Assembly (NCBI RefSeq): GCF_009914755.1
Contig: NC_060933.1
DNA: 64,000 bases
DNA from: the human T2T-CHM13v2.0 reference genome, Homo sapiens
Strand: one strand, 5' to 3'
Positions 14,461 through 28,900 of this stretch are shown here, piece by piece. The translations under genes were made by a program, and so were the position numbers. Position 1 is the stretch's first letter. Each line of letters starts with the position of its first letter. A model generated the notes under the pieces. The model was not told the origin of the DNA. It did not search any database and worked only from the letters and a program-made list of their open reading frames with translations.

Positions 14461-17400
14461 GGAACGGAACGGAACGGAACGGAACGGAATGGAATGGAAT
14501 GCAATGGAATTGTATGGAATGGAATGGTATGGTACGGAATATAATGGAATGGAAAGAATTGGAATGGAATGGAATCGAATGGAATGGAATGGAATGGAAT
14601 GGAAACAACCCGAGTGCAGGGGAATGTAATGGAATGGAATGTAATGGAATGGAATCATCCGGAATGGAATGGAATGGAATGGAATCAACCCGAGTGCAAT
14701 GGAATGGAGTGGAATGGAATGGAATGGAATGGAATAACCCGAATGGAATGGAATGTAATGGAGAGTAAGGGAGTTGAATAGAATCAATCCGAATGTAATG
14801 GAATGGAATGGAACGGAATGGAATTGAATGGAATGGAATGGAATGCAATGGAATGGAATCACCCCGAGTGCAATGGAATGGAGAGGAATGGAATGGAATG
14901 GAATGGAAACTACCCGAATGGAATGGAATGTAATGGAGTGTAAGGGAATTGAATACTATCAATCCGAATGTAATGGAATGGAATGGAACGGAATGGAATG
15001 GAATGGAATGGAATGGAATGGAATGGAATGGAATGCAAAGGAATGGAATCAACCCGAGTGCAATCGAATGGAATCGAATGGAATGGAATGCAATGGAATG
15101 GATTCAACTTGAATGGAATGGAAAGAATGGAATCAACACGAGTGGAATGGCATGGATTGGAAAGGAATGGAATGGAATCAACCCGAGTACAGGGGAATGG
15201 AATGGAATGGAATGCAATGGAATGGAATCATCCGTAATGGAATGGAAAGGAATGGAATGGAAGGGAATGGAATGGAATGGAATGGAATCAACTCGATTGC
15301 AATCGAATGGAATGGAATGGAATTAACCCGAATAGAAAGGAATGGAATGGAACGGAACGGAACGGAATGGAATGGAATGGAATGGAATGAAGTGGAATAT
15401 TATCGGAACGGAATGGAATGGAATGGAATGGAATGCAATGGAATGGAATGGAATCAACGCGAGTGCAGGGGAATGGAATGGAATGGAATGCAATGGAATG
15501 GAATCTTCCTGAATGGAATGGAATGGAATAGAATGAAATGCAATGGATTCAACTCGATTGCAATGGAATGGAATAGAATGGAATGGAATGGAATGGAATG
15601 GAATTAACCAGAATAGAATGGAATGGAATGGAATGGAACGGAATGGAACGGAATGGAATGGAATGGAATGGAATGGAATGGTATGGAATGGAATGGAATG
15701 GTACGGAATAGAATGGAATGGAACCAATTGTAATGGAATGGAATTGAATGGAATGGAATGGAATGGAATGGAATCAACGCGAGTGCAGGGGAATGTAATG
15801 GAACGGAATGCAATGGAATGGAATCATCCGGAATGGAATGGAATGGAATGGAATGGAATGGAATGGAATGGAATCAACCCGAGTGCAATGGAATGGAGTG
15901 GAATGGAATGGAATGGAATGGAACAACCCGAATGGAATGGAATGTAATGGAGAGTAAGTGAGTTGAATAGAATCAATCCGAATGTAATGGAATGGAACGG
16001 AATGGAACGGAATGCAATGGAATGGAATCAACCCGAGTACAATGGAACGGAATGGAATGGAATGGAATGGAATGGAATGGAATGGAATGGAATGGAATGG
16101 AATGGAATGGAATCAACCCGAGTGCAATGGAATGGAGAGGAATGGAATGGAATGGAATGGAATGGAATGGAAACTACCCGAATGGAATGGAATGTAATGG
16201 AGTGTAAGGGAATTGAATAGAATCAATCCGAATGGAATGGAATGGAATGGAACGGAATGTAATGTAATGGAATGGAATGGAATCAACCCCAGTTCAGGGG
16301 AATGGAATGGAATGGAATGCAATGGAATGGAATCATCCGGAATGGAATGGAATGGAATGCAATGGAATGGAATGGAATGGAATCAACCCGAGTGCAATGG
16401 AATCGAGTGAAATGGAATGGAATGGAATGGAAACAACCAGAATGGATTGGAATATAATGGAGTGTAAGGGAATTGAAAAGAATCAATCTGAATGTAATGA
16501 AATGGAATGGAACGGAATGGAATGGAATGGAATGAAATGGAATGCAATGGAATGGAATCAACCCGAGTGCAATCGAATGGAATCGAATGGAATGGAATGC
16601 AATGGAATGGATTCAACTACAATGGAAAGGAAAGAATGGAATCAACACGAGTGGAATGGCATGGATTGGAATGGAATGGAATGGAATCAACCCGAGTACA
16701 GGAGAATGGAATGGAATGGAATGCAATGGAATGGAATCATCAGTAATGGAATGGAAAGGAATGGAAAGGACTGGAATGGAATGGAATGGAATGGAATGGA
16801 ATGGAATGGAATCAACTCGATTGCAATCGAATGGAATGGAATGGAATTAACCCGAATAGAATGGAATGGAATGGAATGGAACGGAACGGAATGGAATGGA
16901 ATGGAATGGAATGGAAAGGAAAGGAATGGAATGGAATGGAATGGAATGGAATGGAATGCCATGGAATCAACGCGAGTGCAGGGGAATGGAATGGAATCGA
17001 ATGGAATGGAAAGGAATGGAATGGAATCAACCCGAGTGCAGGGGAATGTAATGGAACGGAATGCAATTGAATGGAATCATCCGGAATGGAATGGAATGGA
17101 ATGGAATGGAATGGAATGGAATGGAATCAACGCGAGTGCAGGGGAATGGAATAGAATGGAATGGAATGGAATGGAATGGAATCTTCCGGAATGGAATGGA
17201 ATGGAATGGAATGGAATGCAATGGATTCAACTCGATTGCAATGGAATGGAATAGAATGGAATGGAATGCAATGGGATGGAATTAACCGGAATAGAATGGA
17301 ATGGAATGGAATGGAACGGAACGGAACGGAACGGAACGGAACGGAACGGAATGGAATGGAATGCAATGGAATTGTATGGAATGGAATGGTATGGTACGGA

Positions 17401-18460
17401 ATATAATGGAATGGAAAGAATTGGAATGGAATGGAATCGAATGGAATGGAATGGAATGGAATAGAAACAACCCGAGTGCAGGGGAATGTAATGGAATGGA
17501 ATGTAATGGAATGGAATCATCCGGAATGGAATGGAATGGAATGGAATCAACCCGAGTGCAATGGAATGGAGTGGAATGGAATGGAATGGAATGGAACAAC
17601 CCGAATGGAATGGAATGTAATGGAGAGTAAGGGAGTTGAATAGAATCAATCCGAATGTAATGGAATGGAATGGAACGGAATGGAATGGAATGGAATGGAA
17701 TGGAATGCAATGGAATGGAATCACCCCGAGTGCAATGGAATGGAGAGGAATGGAATGGAATGGAATGGAAACTACCCGAATGGAATGGAATGTAATGGAG
17801 TGTAAGGGAATTGAATAGTATCAATCCGAATGTAATGGAATGGAATGGAACGGAATGGAATGGAATGGAATGGAATGGAATGGAATGGAATGGAATGCAA
17901 AGGAATGGAATCAACCCGAGTGCAATCGAATGGAATCGAATGGAATGGAATGCAATGGAATGGATTCAACTTGAATGGAATGGAAAGAATGGAATCAACA
18001 CGAGTGGAATGGCATGGATTGGAAAGGAATGGAATGGAATCAACCCGAGTACAGGGGAATGGAATGGAATGGAATGCAATGGAATGGAATCATCCGTAAT
18101 GGAATGGAAAGGAATGGAATGGAAGGGAATGGAATGGAATGGAATGGAATCAACTCGATTGCAATCGAATGGAATGGAATGGAATTAACCCGAATAGAAA
18201 GGAATGGTATGGAACGGAACGGAACGGAATGGAATGGAATGGAATGGAATGAAGTGGAATAGATCGGAACGGAATGGAATGGAATGGAATGGAATGCAAT
18301 GGAATGGAATGGAATCAACGCGAGTGCAGGGGAATGGAATGGAATGGAATGCAATGGAATGGAATCTTCCTGAATGGAATGGAATGGAATAGAATGAAAT
18401 GCAATGGATTCAACTCGATTGCAATGGAATGGAATAGAATGGAATGGAATGGAATGGAAT
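14321..18460 (+). repeat. Nested dispersed duplication, ~1.3 kb (approx. 14321-15600 / 17178-18460), offset ~2.86 kb
   Basis: ORF pairs at offset 2862 (14949/17811, 14983/17845, 15113/17975). Shared rare words: GGTATGGTACGGAATATAAT, CACCCCGAG, GAAGTGGAAT, CTTCCTGAAT. Confidence 0.85.
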
Positions 18461-19979
18461 GGAATTAACCCGAATAGAATGGAATGGAATGGAATGGAAC
18501 GGAATGGAACGGAATGGAATGGAATGGAATGGAATGGAATGGAGTGGTATGGAATGGAATGGAATGGTACGGAATAGAATGGAATGGAACGAATTGTAAT
18601 GGAATGGAATTGAATGGAATGGAATGGAATGGAATGGAATCAACGCGAGTGCAGGGGAATGTAATGGAACGGAATGCAATGGAATGGAATCATCCCGAAT
18701 GGAATGGAATGGAATGGAATGGAATCAACCGGATTGCAATGGAATGGAGTGGAATGGAATGGAATGGAATGGAATGGAATGGAATGGAATGGAATGCAAT
18801 GAAATGGAATCAACCCGAGTACAATGGAATGGAATGGAATGGAATGGAATGGAATGGAATGGAATGGAATGGAATGCCTTCAATACGAATGGAATGGAAA
18901 GGAATGGAATCAACACGAGTGGAATGGAATGGAATGGAAAGGAATGGAATGGAATGGAATGGTACGGAATAGAATGGAATGGAATGAAATGGAATGGAAT
19001 GGAACGAAATGGAGTGGAATGGAATGGAATGGAATGGAATGGAATGGAATCGTTCCGAGTGGAATAGGAGGGAATGTATTCGAGAGGAATGGAAAGGAAT
19101 GGAATCAACCAGAGTGGAATGGAAGGGAATGGAATGGAATGGAAACTAATAGAATGAAATCAAACCGAGAGGAATGGAATGGAAAGGACAGGAATGGAAT
19201 GGAATGGAATGGAATGGAATGGAATGGAATCAACCCTATTGTAATGGAATGGAATGCAAAGGAATGGAATGGAATGGAATGGAATTAACCCAAATACAAT
19301 GGAATGGAATGGAATGGAACGGAATGAATTGGAATGGAATGGAATCAACCCGAGTGCAGGGCAATGGAATGGAATGGAATGCAATGGAATGGAATCATCC
19401 GGAATGGAATGGAATGGAATGGAATGGAATGCAAAGCAATGGAATCAACTCGAATGCAATGGAATGGAATGGAATGGAAAGGAATACATTGAAATCAACC
19501 CGAGTGGAATGGAATGGAAAGGACTGGAATGGAGTGGAATGGAATGCAATGGAATGGAATGGAATCAACTCGATTGGAATGGAATGGAATGGAATGGAAT
19601 GGAATGGAATTAACCCGAATAGAATGGAATGGAATTAAATGGAACGGAACGGAATGGAATGGAATGGAATGGAATGGAATGGAATGGAATCAACCCGACT
19701 GCAGGGGAATGGAATGGAATGGAATGCAATGGAATGGAAACTACCCGAATGGAATGGAATGTAACAGAGTGTAAGGGAATTGAATAGAATCAATCCGAAT
19801 GTAATGGAATGGAATGGAACGGAACGGAATGAATTGGAATGGAATGGAATGGAATGGAATGCAATGGAATGGAATCAACCCGAGTGCAATCGAATGGAAT
19901 CGAATTGAATGGAATGCAATGGAATGGAATGGAATGGAACGGAATGGAATGGAACGGAACAGAACGGAATGGATGGAAT

Positions 19980-22900
19980 GGAATGGAATGGAATGGAATG
20001 GAATCAACGCGAGTGCAGGGGAATGGAATGGAATGGAATGCAATGGAATGGAATCTTCCGGAATGGAATGGAATGGAATGGAATGGAATGGAATGAAATG
20101 CAATGGATTCAACTCCATTGCAATGGAATGGAATAGAATGGAATGGAAAGGAATTAATCCGAATAGAATGGAATGGAGTGGAATGGAACGGAATGGAACG
20201 GAATGGAATGGAATGGAATGGAATGGAATGGTATGGAATGGAATGGAATGGTACGGAATAGAATGGAATGGAACGAATTGTAATGGAATGGAATGGAATG
20301 GAATGGAATGGAATGGAATCAACGCGAGTGCAGGGGAATGAAATGGAACGGAATGCAATGGAATGGAATCATCCGGAATGGAATGGAATGGAATGGAATG
20401 GAATGGAATGGAATCAACCCGAGTTCAATGGAATGGAGTGGAATGGAATGGAATGGAATGGAACAACCCGAATGGAATGGAATGTAATGGAGAGTAAGGG
20501 AGTTGAATAGAATCAATCCGAATGTAATGGAATGGAATGCAACGGAATGGAATGGAAGGGAATGGAATGGAATGGAATGGAATCAACACGATTGCAATCG
20601 AATGGAATGGAATGGAATGGAATGGAATAGAATGGAATGGAATGCAATGGAATGGAATCAACCCGAGTACAATGGAATGGAATGGAATGGAATGCAATGG
20701 AATGGAATGGAATGGAATGGAATCAACCCGAGTGCAATGGAATGGAGAGGAATGGAATGGAATGGAATGGAAACTACCCGAATGGAATGGAATGTAATGG
20801 AGTGTAAGGGAATTGAATAGAATCAATCCGAATGGAATGGAATGGAATGGAACGGAATGTAATGGAATGGAATGGAATGGAATCAACCCGAGTGCAGGGG
20901 AATGGAATGGAATGGAATGCAATGGAATGGAATCATCCGGAATGGAATGGAATGGAATGCAATGGAATGGAATCATCCGGAATGGAATGGAATGGAATGC
21001 AATGGAATGGAATGGAATGGAATCAACCCGAGTGCAATGGAATGGAGTGAAATGGAATGGAATGGAATGGAAACAACCAGAATGGATTGGAATATAATGG
21101 AGTGTAAGGGAATTGAAAAGAATCAATCTGAATGTAATGAAATGGAATGGAACGGAATGGAATGGAATGGAATGAAATGGAATGCAATGAAATGGAATCA
21201 ACCCGAGTGCAATCGAATGAAATCGAATGCAATGGAATGCAAAGGAATGGATTCAACTTGAATGGAAAGGAAAGAATGGAATCAACACGAGTGGAATGGC
21301 ATGGATTGGAATGGAATTGAATGGAATCAACCCGAGTACAGGGGAATGGAATGGAATGGAATGCAATGGAATGGAATCATCAGTAATGGAATGGAAAGGA
21401 ATGGAATGGAATGGAATGGAATGGAATGGAATCAACTCGATTGCAATCGAATGGAATGGAATGGAATTAACCCGAATAGAATGGAATGGAATGGAATGGA
21501 ACGGAACGGAATGGAATGGAATGGAATGGAATGGAATGGAATGGAATGGAACGGAACGGAATGGAATGGAATGGAATGGAATGGAATGGAATGGAATCAA
21601 CGCGAGTGCAGGGGAATGGAATGGAATGGAATGCAATGGAATGGAATCTTCTGGAATGGAATGGAATGGAATGGAATGGAATGAAATGCAATGGATTCAA
21701 CTCGATTGCAATGGAATGGAATAGAATGGAATGGAAAAGAATGGAATGGAATTAATCCGAATAGAATGGAATGGAATGGAATGGAATGGAATGGAACGGA
21801 ATGGAATGGAATGGAATGGAATGGAATGGTATGGAATGGAATGGAATGGTACGGAATAGAATGGAATGGAACCAATTGTAATGGAATGGAATTGAATGGA
21901 ATGGAATGGAATGGAATGGAATCAACGCGAGTGCAGGGGAATGTAATGGAACGGAATGCAATGGAATGGAATCATCCGGAATGGAATGGAATGGAATGGA
22001 ATAGAATGGAATGGAATGGAATCAACCCGAGTGCAATGGAATGGAGTGGAATGGAATGGAATGGAATGGAACAACCCGAATGGAATGGAATGTAATGGAG
22101 AGTAAGTGAGTTGAATAGAATCAATCCGAATGTAATGGAATGGAACGGAATGGAATGGAATGCAATGGAATGGAATCAACCCGAGTACAATGGAACGGAA
22201 TGGAATGGAATGTAATGGAATGGAATGGAATGGAATGGAATGGAATCAACTCGATTGCAATCGAATGGAATGGAATGGAATTAACCCGAATAGAATGGAA
22301 TGGAATGGAATGGAACGGAACGGAATGGTATGGAATGGAATGGAATGGAAAGGAAAGGAATGGAATGGAATGGAATGGAATGGAATGGAATGCCATGGAA
22401 TCAACGCGAGTGCAGGGGAATGGAATGGAATCGAATGGAATGGAAAGGAATGGAATGGAATCAACCCGAGTGCAGGGGAATGTAATGGAACGGAATGCAA
22501 TGGAATGGAATCATCCGGAATGGAATGGAATGGAATGGAATGGAATGGAATGGAATCAACCCGAGTGCAATGGAATGGAGTGGAATGGAATGGAATGGAA
22601 TGGAATGGAACAACCCGAATGGAATGGAATGCAATGGAGAGTAAGGGAGTTGAAAAGAATCAATCCGAATGTAATGGAATGGAATGGAACGGAATGGAAT
22701 GGAATGGAATGGAATGGAATGGAATGCAATGGAATGGAATCAACCCGAGTACAATGGAATGGAATGGAATGGAATGGAGTGGAATGGAATGGAATGGAAT
22801 GGAATGCAATGGAATGGAATCTTCCGGAATGGAATGGAATGGAATGGAATGGAATGGAATGGAATGGAATGCAATGGATTCAACTCGATTGCAATGGAAT

Positions 22901-25900
22901 GGAATAGAATGGAATGGAATGGAATGGAATCTAATGGAATTAAACCGAATAGAATGGAATGGAATGGAATGGAACGGAACAGAACGGAACGGAACGGAAC
23001 GGAGTGGAATGGAATGGAATGGAATTGTATGGAATGGAATGGAATGGTACGGAATAGAATGGAATGGAAAGAATAGGAATGGAATGGAATCGAATGGAAT
23101 GGAATGGAATGGAATGGAATCAACCCGAGTGCAGGGTAATGTAATGGAACGGAATGCAATGGAATGGAATCATCCGGAATAGAATGGAATGGAATGGAAT
23201 GGAATGGAATTGAATGGAATGGAATGCCTTCAAACCGAATGGAATGGAAAGGAATGGAATCAACACGAGTGGAATGGAATGGAATGGAAAGGAAGGGAAT
23301 GGAATGGAATGGTACGGAATAGAATGAAATGGAACGAACTGGAATAGAATGGAATGGAATGGAATGGAATGGAATCAACCCGAGTACAGGGGAATGGAAT
23401 GCAGTGTAATGCAATGGAATGGAATCATCCGTAATGGAATGGAAAGGTATGGAATGGAATGGAATGGAATGGAATGGAATGGAATGGAATGGAATCAACT
23501 CGATTGCAATCGAATGGAATGTAATGGAATTAACCAGAATACAATGGAATGGAATGGAACGGAACGGAACGGAACGGAATGGAATGGAATGGAATGGAAC
23601 GGAAGGGAACGGAATGGAATGGAATGGAATGGAATGGAATGGAATCAACGCGAGTGCAGGGGAATGGAATGGAATGGATTGCAATGGAATGGAATCTTCC
23701 GGAATGGAATGGAATGGAATGGAATGGAATGCAATGGATTCAACTCGATTGCAATGGAATGGAATAGAATGGAATGGAATGCAATGGGATGGAATTAACC
23801 GGAATAGAATGGAATGGAATGGAATGGAACGGAATGGAACGGAATGGAATGGAATGGAATGGAATGGAATGGTATGGAATGGAATGGAATGGTACGGAAT
23901 AGAATGGAATGGAACCAATTGTAATGGAATGGAATTGAATGGAATGGAATGGAATGGAATGGAATCAACGCGAGTGCAGGGGAATGTAATGGAACGGAAT
24001 GCAATGGAATGGAATCATCCGGAATGGAATGGAATGGAATGGAATGGAATGGAATGGAATGGAATCAACCCGAGTGCAATGGAATGGAGTGGAATGGAAT
24101 GGAATGGAATGGAACAATCCGAATGGAATGGAATGTAATGGAGAGTAAGTGAATTGAATAGAATCAATCCGAATGTAATGGAATGGAACGGAATGGAATG
24201 GAATGCAATGGAATGGAATCAACCCGAGTACAATGGAACGGAATGGAATGGAATGTAATGGAATGGAATGGAATGGAATGGAATGGAATCAACTCGATTG
24301 CAATCGAATGGAATGGAATGGAATTAACCCGAATAGAATGGAATGGAATGGAATGGAACGGAACGGAATGGAATGGAATGGAATGGAATGGAAAGGAAAG
24401 GAATGGAATGGAATGGAATGGAATGGAATGGAATGCCATGGAATCAACGCGAGTGCAGGGGAATGGAATGGAATCGAATGGAATGGAAAGGAAAGGAATG
24501 GAATCAACCCGAGTGCAGGGGAATGTAATGGAACGGAATGCAATGGAATGGAATCATCCGGAATGGAATGGAATGGAATGGAATGGAATGGAATGGAATC
24601 AACCCGAGTGCAATGGAATGGAGTGGAATGGAATGGAATGGAATGGAATGGAACAACCCGAATGGAATGGAATGCAATGGAGAGTAAGGGAGTTGAAAAG
24701 AATCAATCCGAATGTAATGGAATCTAATGGAACGGAATGGAATGGAATGGAAAGGAATGGAATGGAATGCAATGGAATGGAATCAACCCGAGTACAATGG
24801 AATGGAATGGAATGTAGTGGAATGGAATGGAATGGAATGGAATGCAATGGAATGGAATCTTCCGGAATGGAATGGAATGGAATGGAATGGAATGGAATGG
24901 AATGGAATGCAATGGATTCAACTCGATTGCAATGGAATAGAATAGAATGGAATGGAATGGAATGGAATCTAATGGAATTAAACCGAATAGAATGGAATGG
25001 AATGGAATGGAACGGAACAGAACGGAACGGAACGGAACGGAGTGGAATGGAATGGAATGGAATTGTATGGAATGGAATGGAATGGTACGGAATAGAATGG
25101 AATGGAAAGAATAGGAATGGAATGGAATCGAATGGAATGGAATGGAATGGAATGGAATCAACCCGAGTGCAGGGTAATGTAATGGAACGGAATGCAATGG
25201 AATGGAATCATCCGGAATAGAATGGAATGGAATGGAATGGAATGGAATTGAATGGAATGGAATGCCTTCAAACCGAATGGAATGGAAAGGAATGGAATCA
25301 ACACGAGTGGAATGGAATGGAATGGAAAGGAAGGGAATGGAATGGAATGGTACGGAATAGAATGAAATGGAACGAACTGGAATAGAATGGAATGGAATGG
25401 AATGGAATGGAATCAACCCGAGTACAGGGGAATGGAATGCAATGTAATGCAATGGAATGGAATCATCCGTAATGGAATGGAAAGGTATGGAATGGAATGG
25501 AATGGAATGGAATGGAATGGAATGGAATCAACTCGATTGCAATCGAATGGAATGTAATGGAATTAACCAGAATACAATGGAATGGAATGGAACGGAACGG
25601 AACGGAATGGAATGGAATGGAATGGAATGGAATGGAATCAACGAGAGTGCAGGGGAATTGAATGGAATGGAATGCAATGGAATGGAATCTTCCGGAATGG
25701 AATGGAATGGAATGGAATGGAATGGAATGCAATGGATTCAACTCGATTGCAATGGAATGGAATAGAATGGAATGGAATGCAATGGGATGGAATTAACCGG
25801 AATAGAATGGAATGGAATGGAATGGAACGGAACGGAACGGAACGGAACGGAATGGAATGGAATGCAATGGAATTGTATGGAATGGAATGGTATGGTACGG

Positions 25901-28900
25901 AATATAATGGAATGGAAAGAATTGGAATGGAATGGAATCGAATGGAATGGAATGGAATGGAATGGAAACAACCCGAGTGCAGGGGAATGTAATGGAATGG
26001 AATGTAATGGAATGGAATCATCCGGAATGGAATGGAATGGAATGGAATCAACCCGAGTGCAATGGAATGGAGTGGAATGGAATGGAATGGAATGGAATAA
26101 CCCGAATGGAATGGAATGTAATGGAGAGTAAGGGAGTTGAATAGAATCAATCCGAATGTAATGGAATGGAATGGAACGGAATGGAATTGAATGGAATGGA
26201 ATGGAATGCAATGGAATGGAATCACCCCGAGTGCAATGGAATGGAGAGGAATGGAATGGAATGGAATGGAAACTACCCGAATGGAATGGAATGTAATGGA
26301 GTGTAAGGGAATTGAATACTATCAATCCGAATGTAATGGAATGGAATGGAACGGAATGGAATGGAATGGAATGGAATGGAATGGAATGGAATGGAATGCA
26401 AAGGAATGGAATCAACCCGAGTGCAATCGAATGGAATCGAATGGAATGGAATGCAATGGAATGGATTCAACTTGAATGGAATGGAAAGAATGGAATCAAC
26501 ACGAGTGGAATGGCATGGATTGGAAAGGAATGGAATGGAATCAACCCGAGTACAGGGGAATGGAATGGAATGGAATGCAATGGAATGGAATCATCCGTAA
26601 TGGAATGGAAAGGAATGGAATGGAAGGGAATGGAATGGAATGGAATGGAATCAACTCGATTGCAATCGAATGGAATGGAATGGAATTAACCCGAATAGAA
26701 AGGAATGGAATGGAACGGAACGGAACGGAATGGAATGGAATGGAATGGAATGAAGTGGAATATTATCGGAACGGAATGGAATGGAATGGAATGGAATGCA
26801 ATGGAATGGAATGGAATCAACGCGAGTGCAGGGGAATGGAATGGAATGGAATGCAATGGAATGGAATCTTCCTGAATGGAATGGAATGGAATAGAATGAA
26901 ATGCAATGGATTCAACTCGATTGCAATGGAATGGAATAGAATGGAATGGAATGGAATGGAATGGAATTAACCAGAATAGAATGGAATGGAATGGAATGGA
27001 ACGGAATGGAACGGAATGGAATGGAATGGAATGGAATGGAATGGTATGGAATGGAATGGAATGGTACGGAATAGAATGGAATGGAACCAATTGTAATGGA
27101 ATGGAATTGAATGGAATGGAATGGAATGGAATGGAATCAACGCGAGTGCAGGGGAATGTAATGGAACGGAATGCAATGGAATGGAATCATCCGGAATGGA
27201 ATGGAATGGAATGGAATGGAATGGAATGGAATGGAATCAACCCGAGTGCAATGGAATGGAGTGGAATGGAATGGAATGGAATGGAACAACCCGAATGGAA
27301 TGGAATGTAATGGAGAGTAAGTGAGTTGAATAGAATCAATCCGAATGTAATGGAATGGAACGGAATGGAACGGAATGCAATGGAATGGAATCAACCCGAG
27401 TACAATGGAACGGAATGGAATGGAATGGAATGGAATGGAATGGAATGGAATGGAATGGAATGGAATGGAATGGAATCAACCCGAGTGCAATGGAATGGAG
27501 AGGAATGGAATGGAATGGAATGGAATGGAATGGAAACTACCCGAATGGAATGGAATGTAATGGAGTGTAAGGGAATTGAATAGAATCAATCCGAATGGAA
27601 TGGAATGGAATGGAACGGAATGTAATGTAATGGAATGGAATGGAATCAACCCCAGTTCAGGGGAATGGAATGGAATGGAATGCAATGGAATGGAATCATC
27701 CGGAATGGAATGGAATGGAATGCAATGGAATGGAATGGAATGGAATCAACCCGAGTGCAATGGAATCGAGTGAAATGGAATGGAATGGAATGGAAACAAC
27801 CAGAATGGATTGGAATATAATGGAGTGTAAGGGAATTGAAAAGAATCAATCTGAATGTAATGAAATGGAATGGAACGGAATGGAATGGAATGGAATGAAA
27901 TGGAATGCAATGGAATGGAATCAACCCGAGTGCAATCGAATGGAATCGAATGGAATGGAATGCAATGGAATGGATTCAACTACAATGGAAAGGAAAGAAT
28001 GGAATCAACACGAGTGGAATGGCATGGATTGGAATGGAATGGAATGGAATCAACCCGAGTACAGGAGAATGGAATGGAATGGAATGCAATGGAATGGAAT
28101 CATCAGTAATGGAATGGAAAGGAATGGAAAGGACTGGAATGGAATGGAATGGAATGGAATGGAATGGAATGGAATCAACTCGATTGCAATCGAATGGAAT
28201 GGAATGGAATTAACCCGAATAGAATGGAATGGAATGGAATGGAACGGAACGGAATGGAATGGAATGGAATGGAATGGAAAGGAAAGGAATGGAATGGAAT
28301 GGAATGGAATGGAATGGAATGCCATGGAATCAACGCGAGTGCAGGGGAATGGAATGGAATCGAATGGAATGGAAAGGAATGGAATGGAATCAACCCGAGT
28401 GCAGGGGAATGTAATGGAACGGAATGCAATTGAATGGAATCATCCGGAATGGAATGGAATGGAATGGAATGGAATGGAATGGAATGGAATCAACGCGAGT
28501 GCAGGGGAATGGAATAGAATGGAATGGAATGGAATGGAATGGAATCTTCCGGAATGGAATGGAATGGAATGGAATGGAATGCAATGGATTCAACTCGATT
28601 GCAATGGAATGGAATAGAATGGAATGGAATGCAATGGGATGGAATTAACCGGAATAGAATGGAATGGAATGGAATGGAACGGAACGGAACGGAACGGAAC
28701 GGAACGGAACGGAATGGAATGGAATGCAATGGAATTGTATGGAATGGAATGGTATGGTACGGAATATAATGGAATGGAAAGAATTGGAATGGAATGGAAT
28801 CGAATGGAATGGAATGGAATGGAATAGAAACAACCCGAGTGCAGGGGAATGTAATGGAATGGAATGTAATGGAATGGAATCATCCGGAATGGAATGGAAT

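Larger units (their letters stand above)
8617..19926 (+). repeat. Copy 1 of 11,363-bp-period tandem duplication
   Basis: ORFs recur with identical translations at +11363 (8905/20268, 9062/20425, 16277/27640, 19514/30877). Identity starts at 8617/19980 and ends at 19926/31289 by manual comparison. Confidence 0.95.

Noticed and set aside
7689-19080. Module C copies at 7689 and 19051 lie 11,362 bp apart, suggesting the large duplication extends further left
   Set aside because: Flanking module order and private variants differ (CTATTCCAG vs GTATTCGAGAGG), so I treat it as coincidence.
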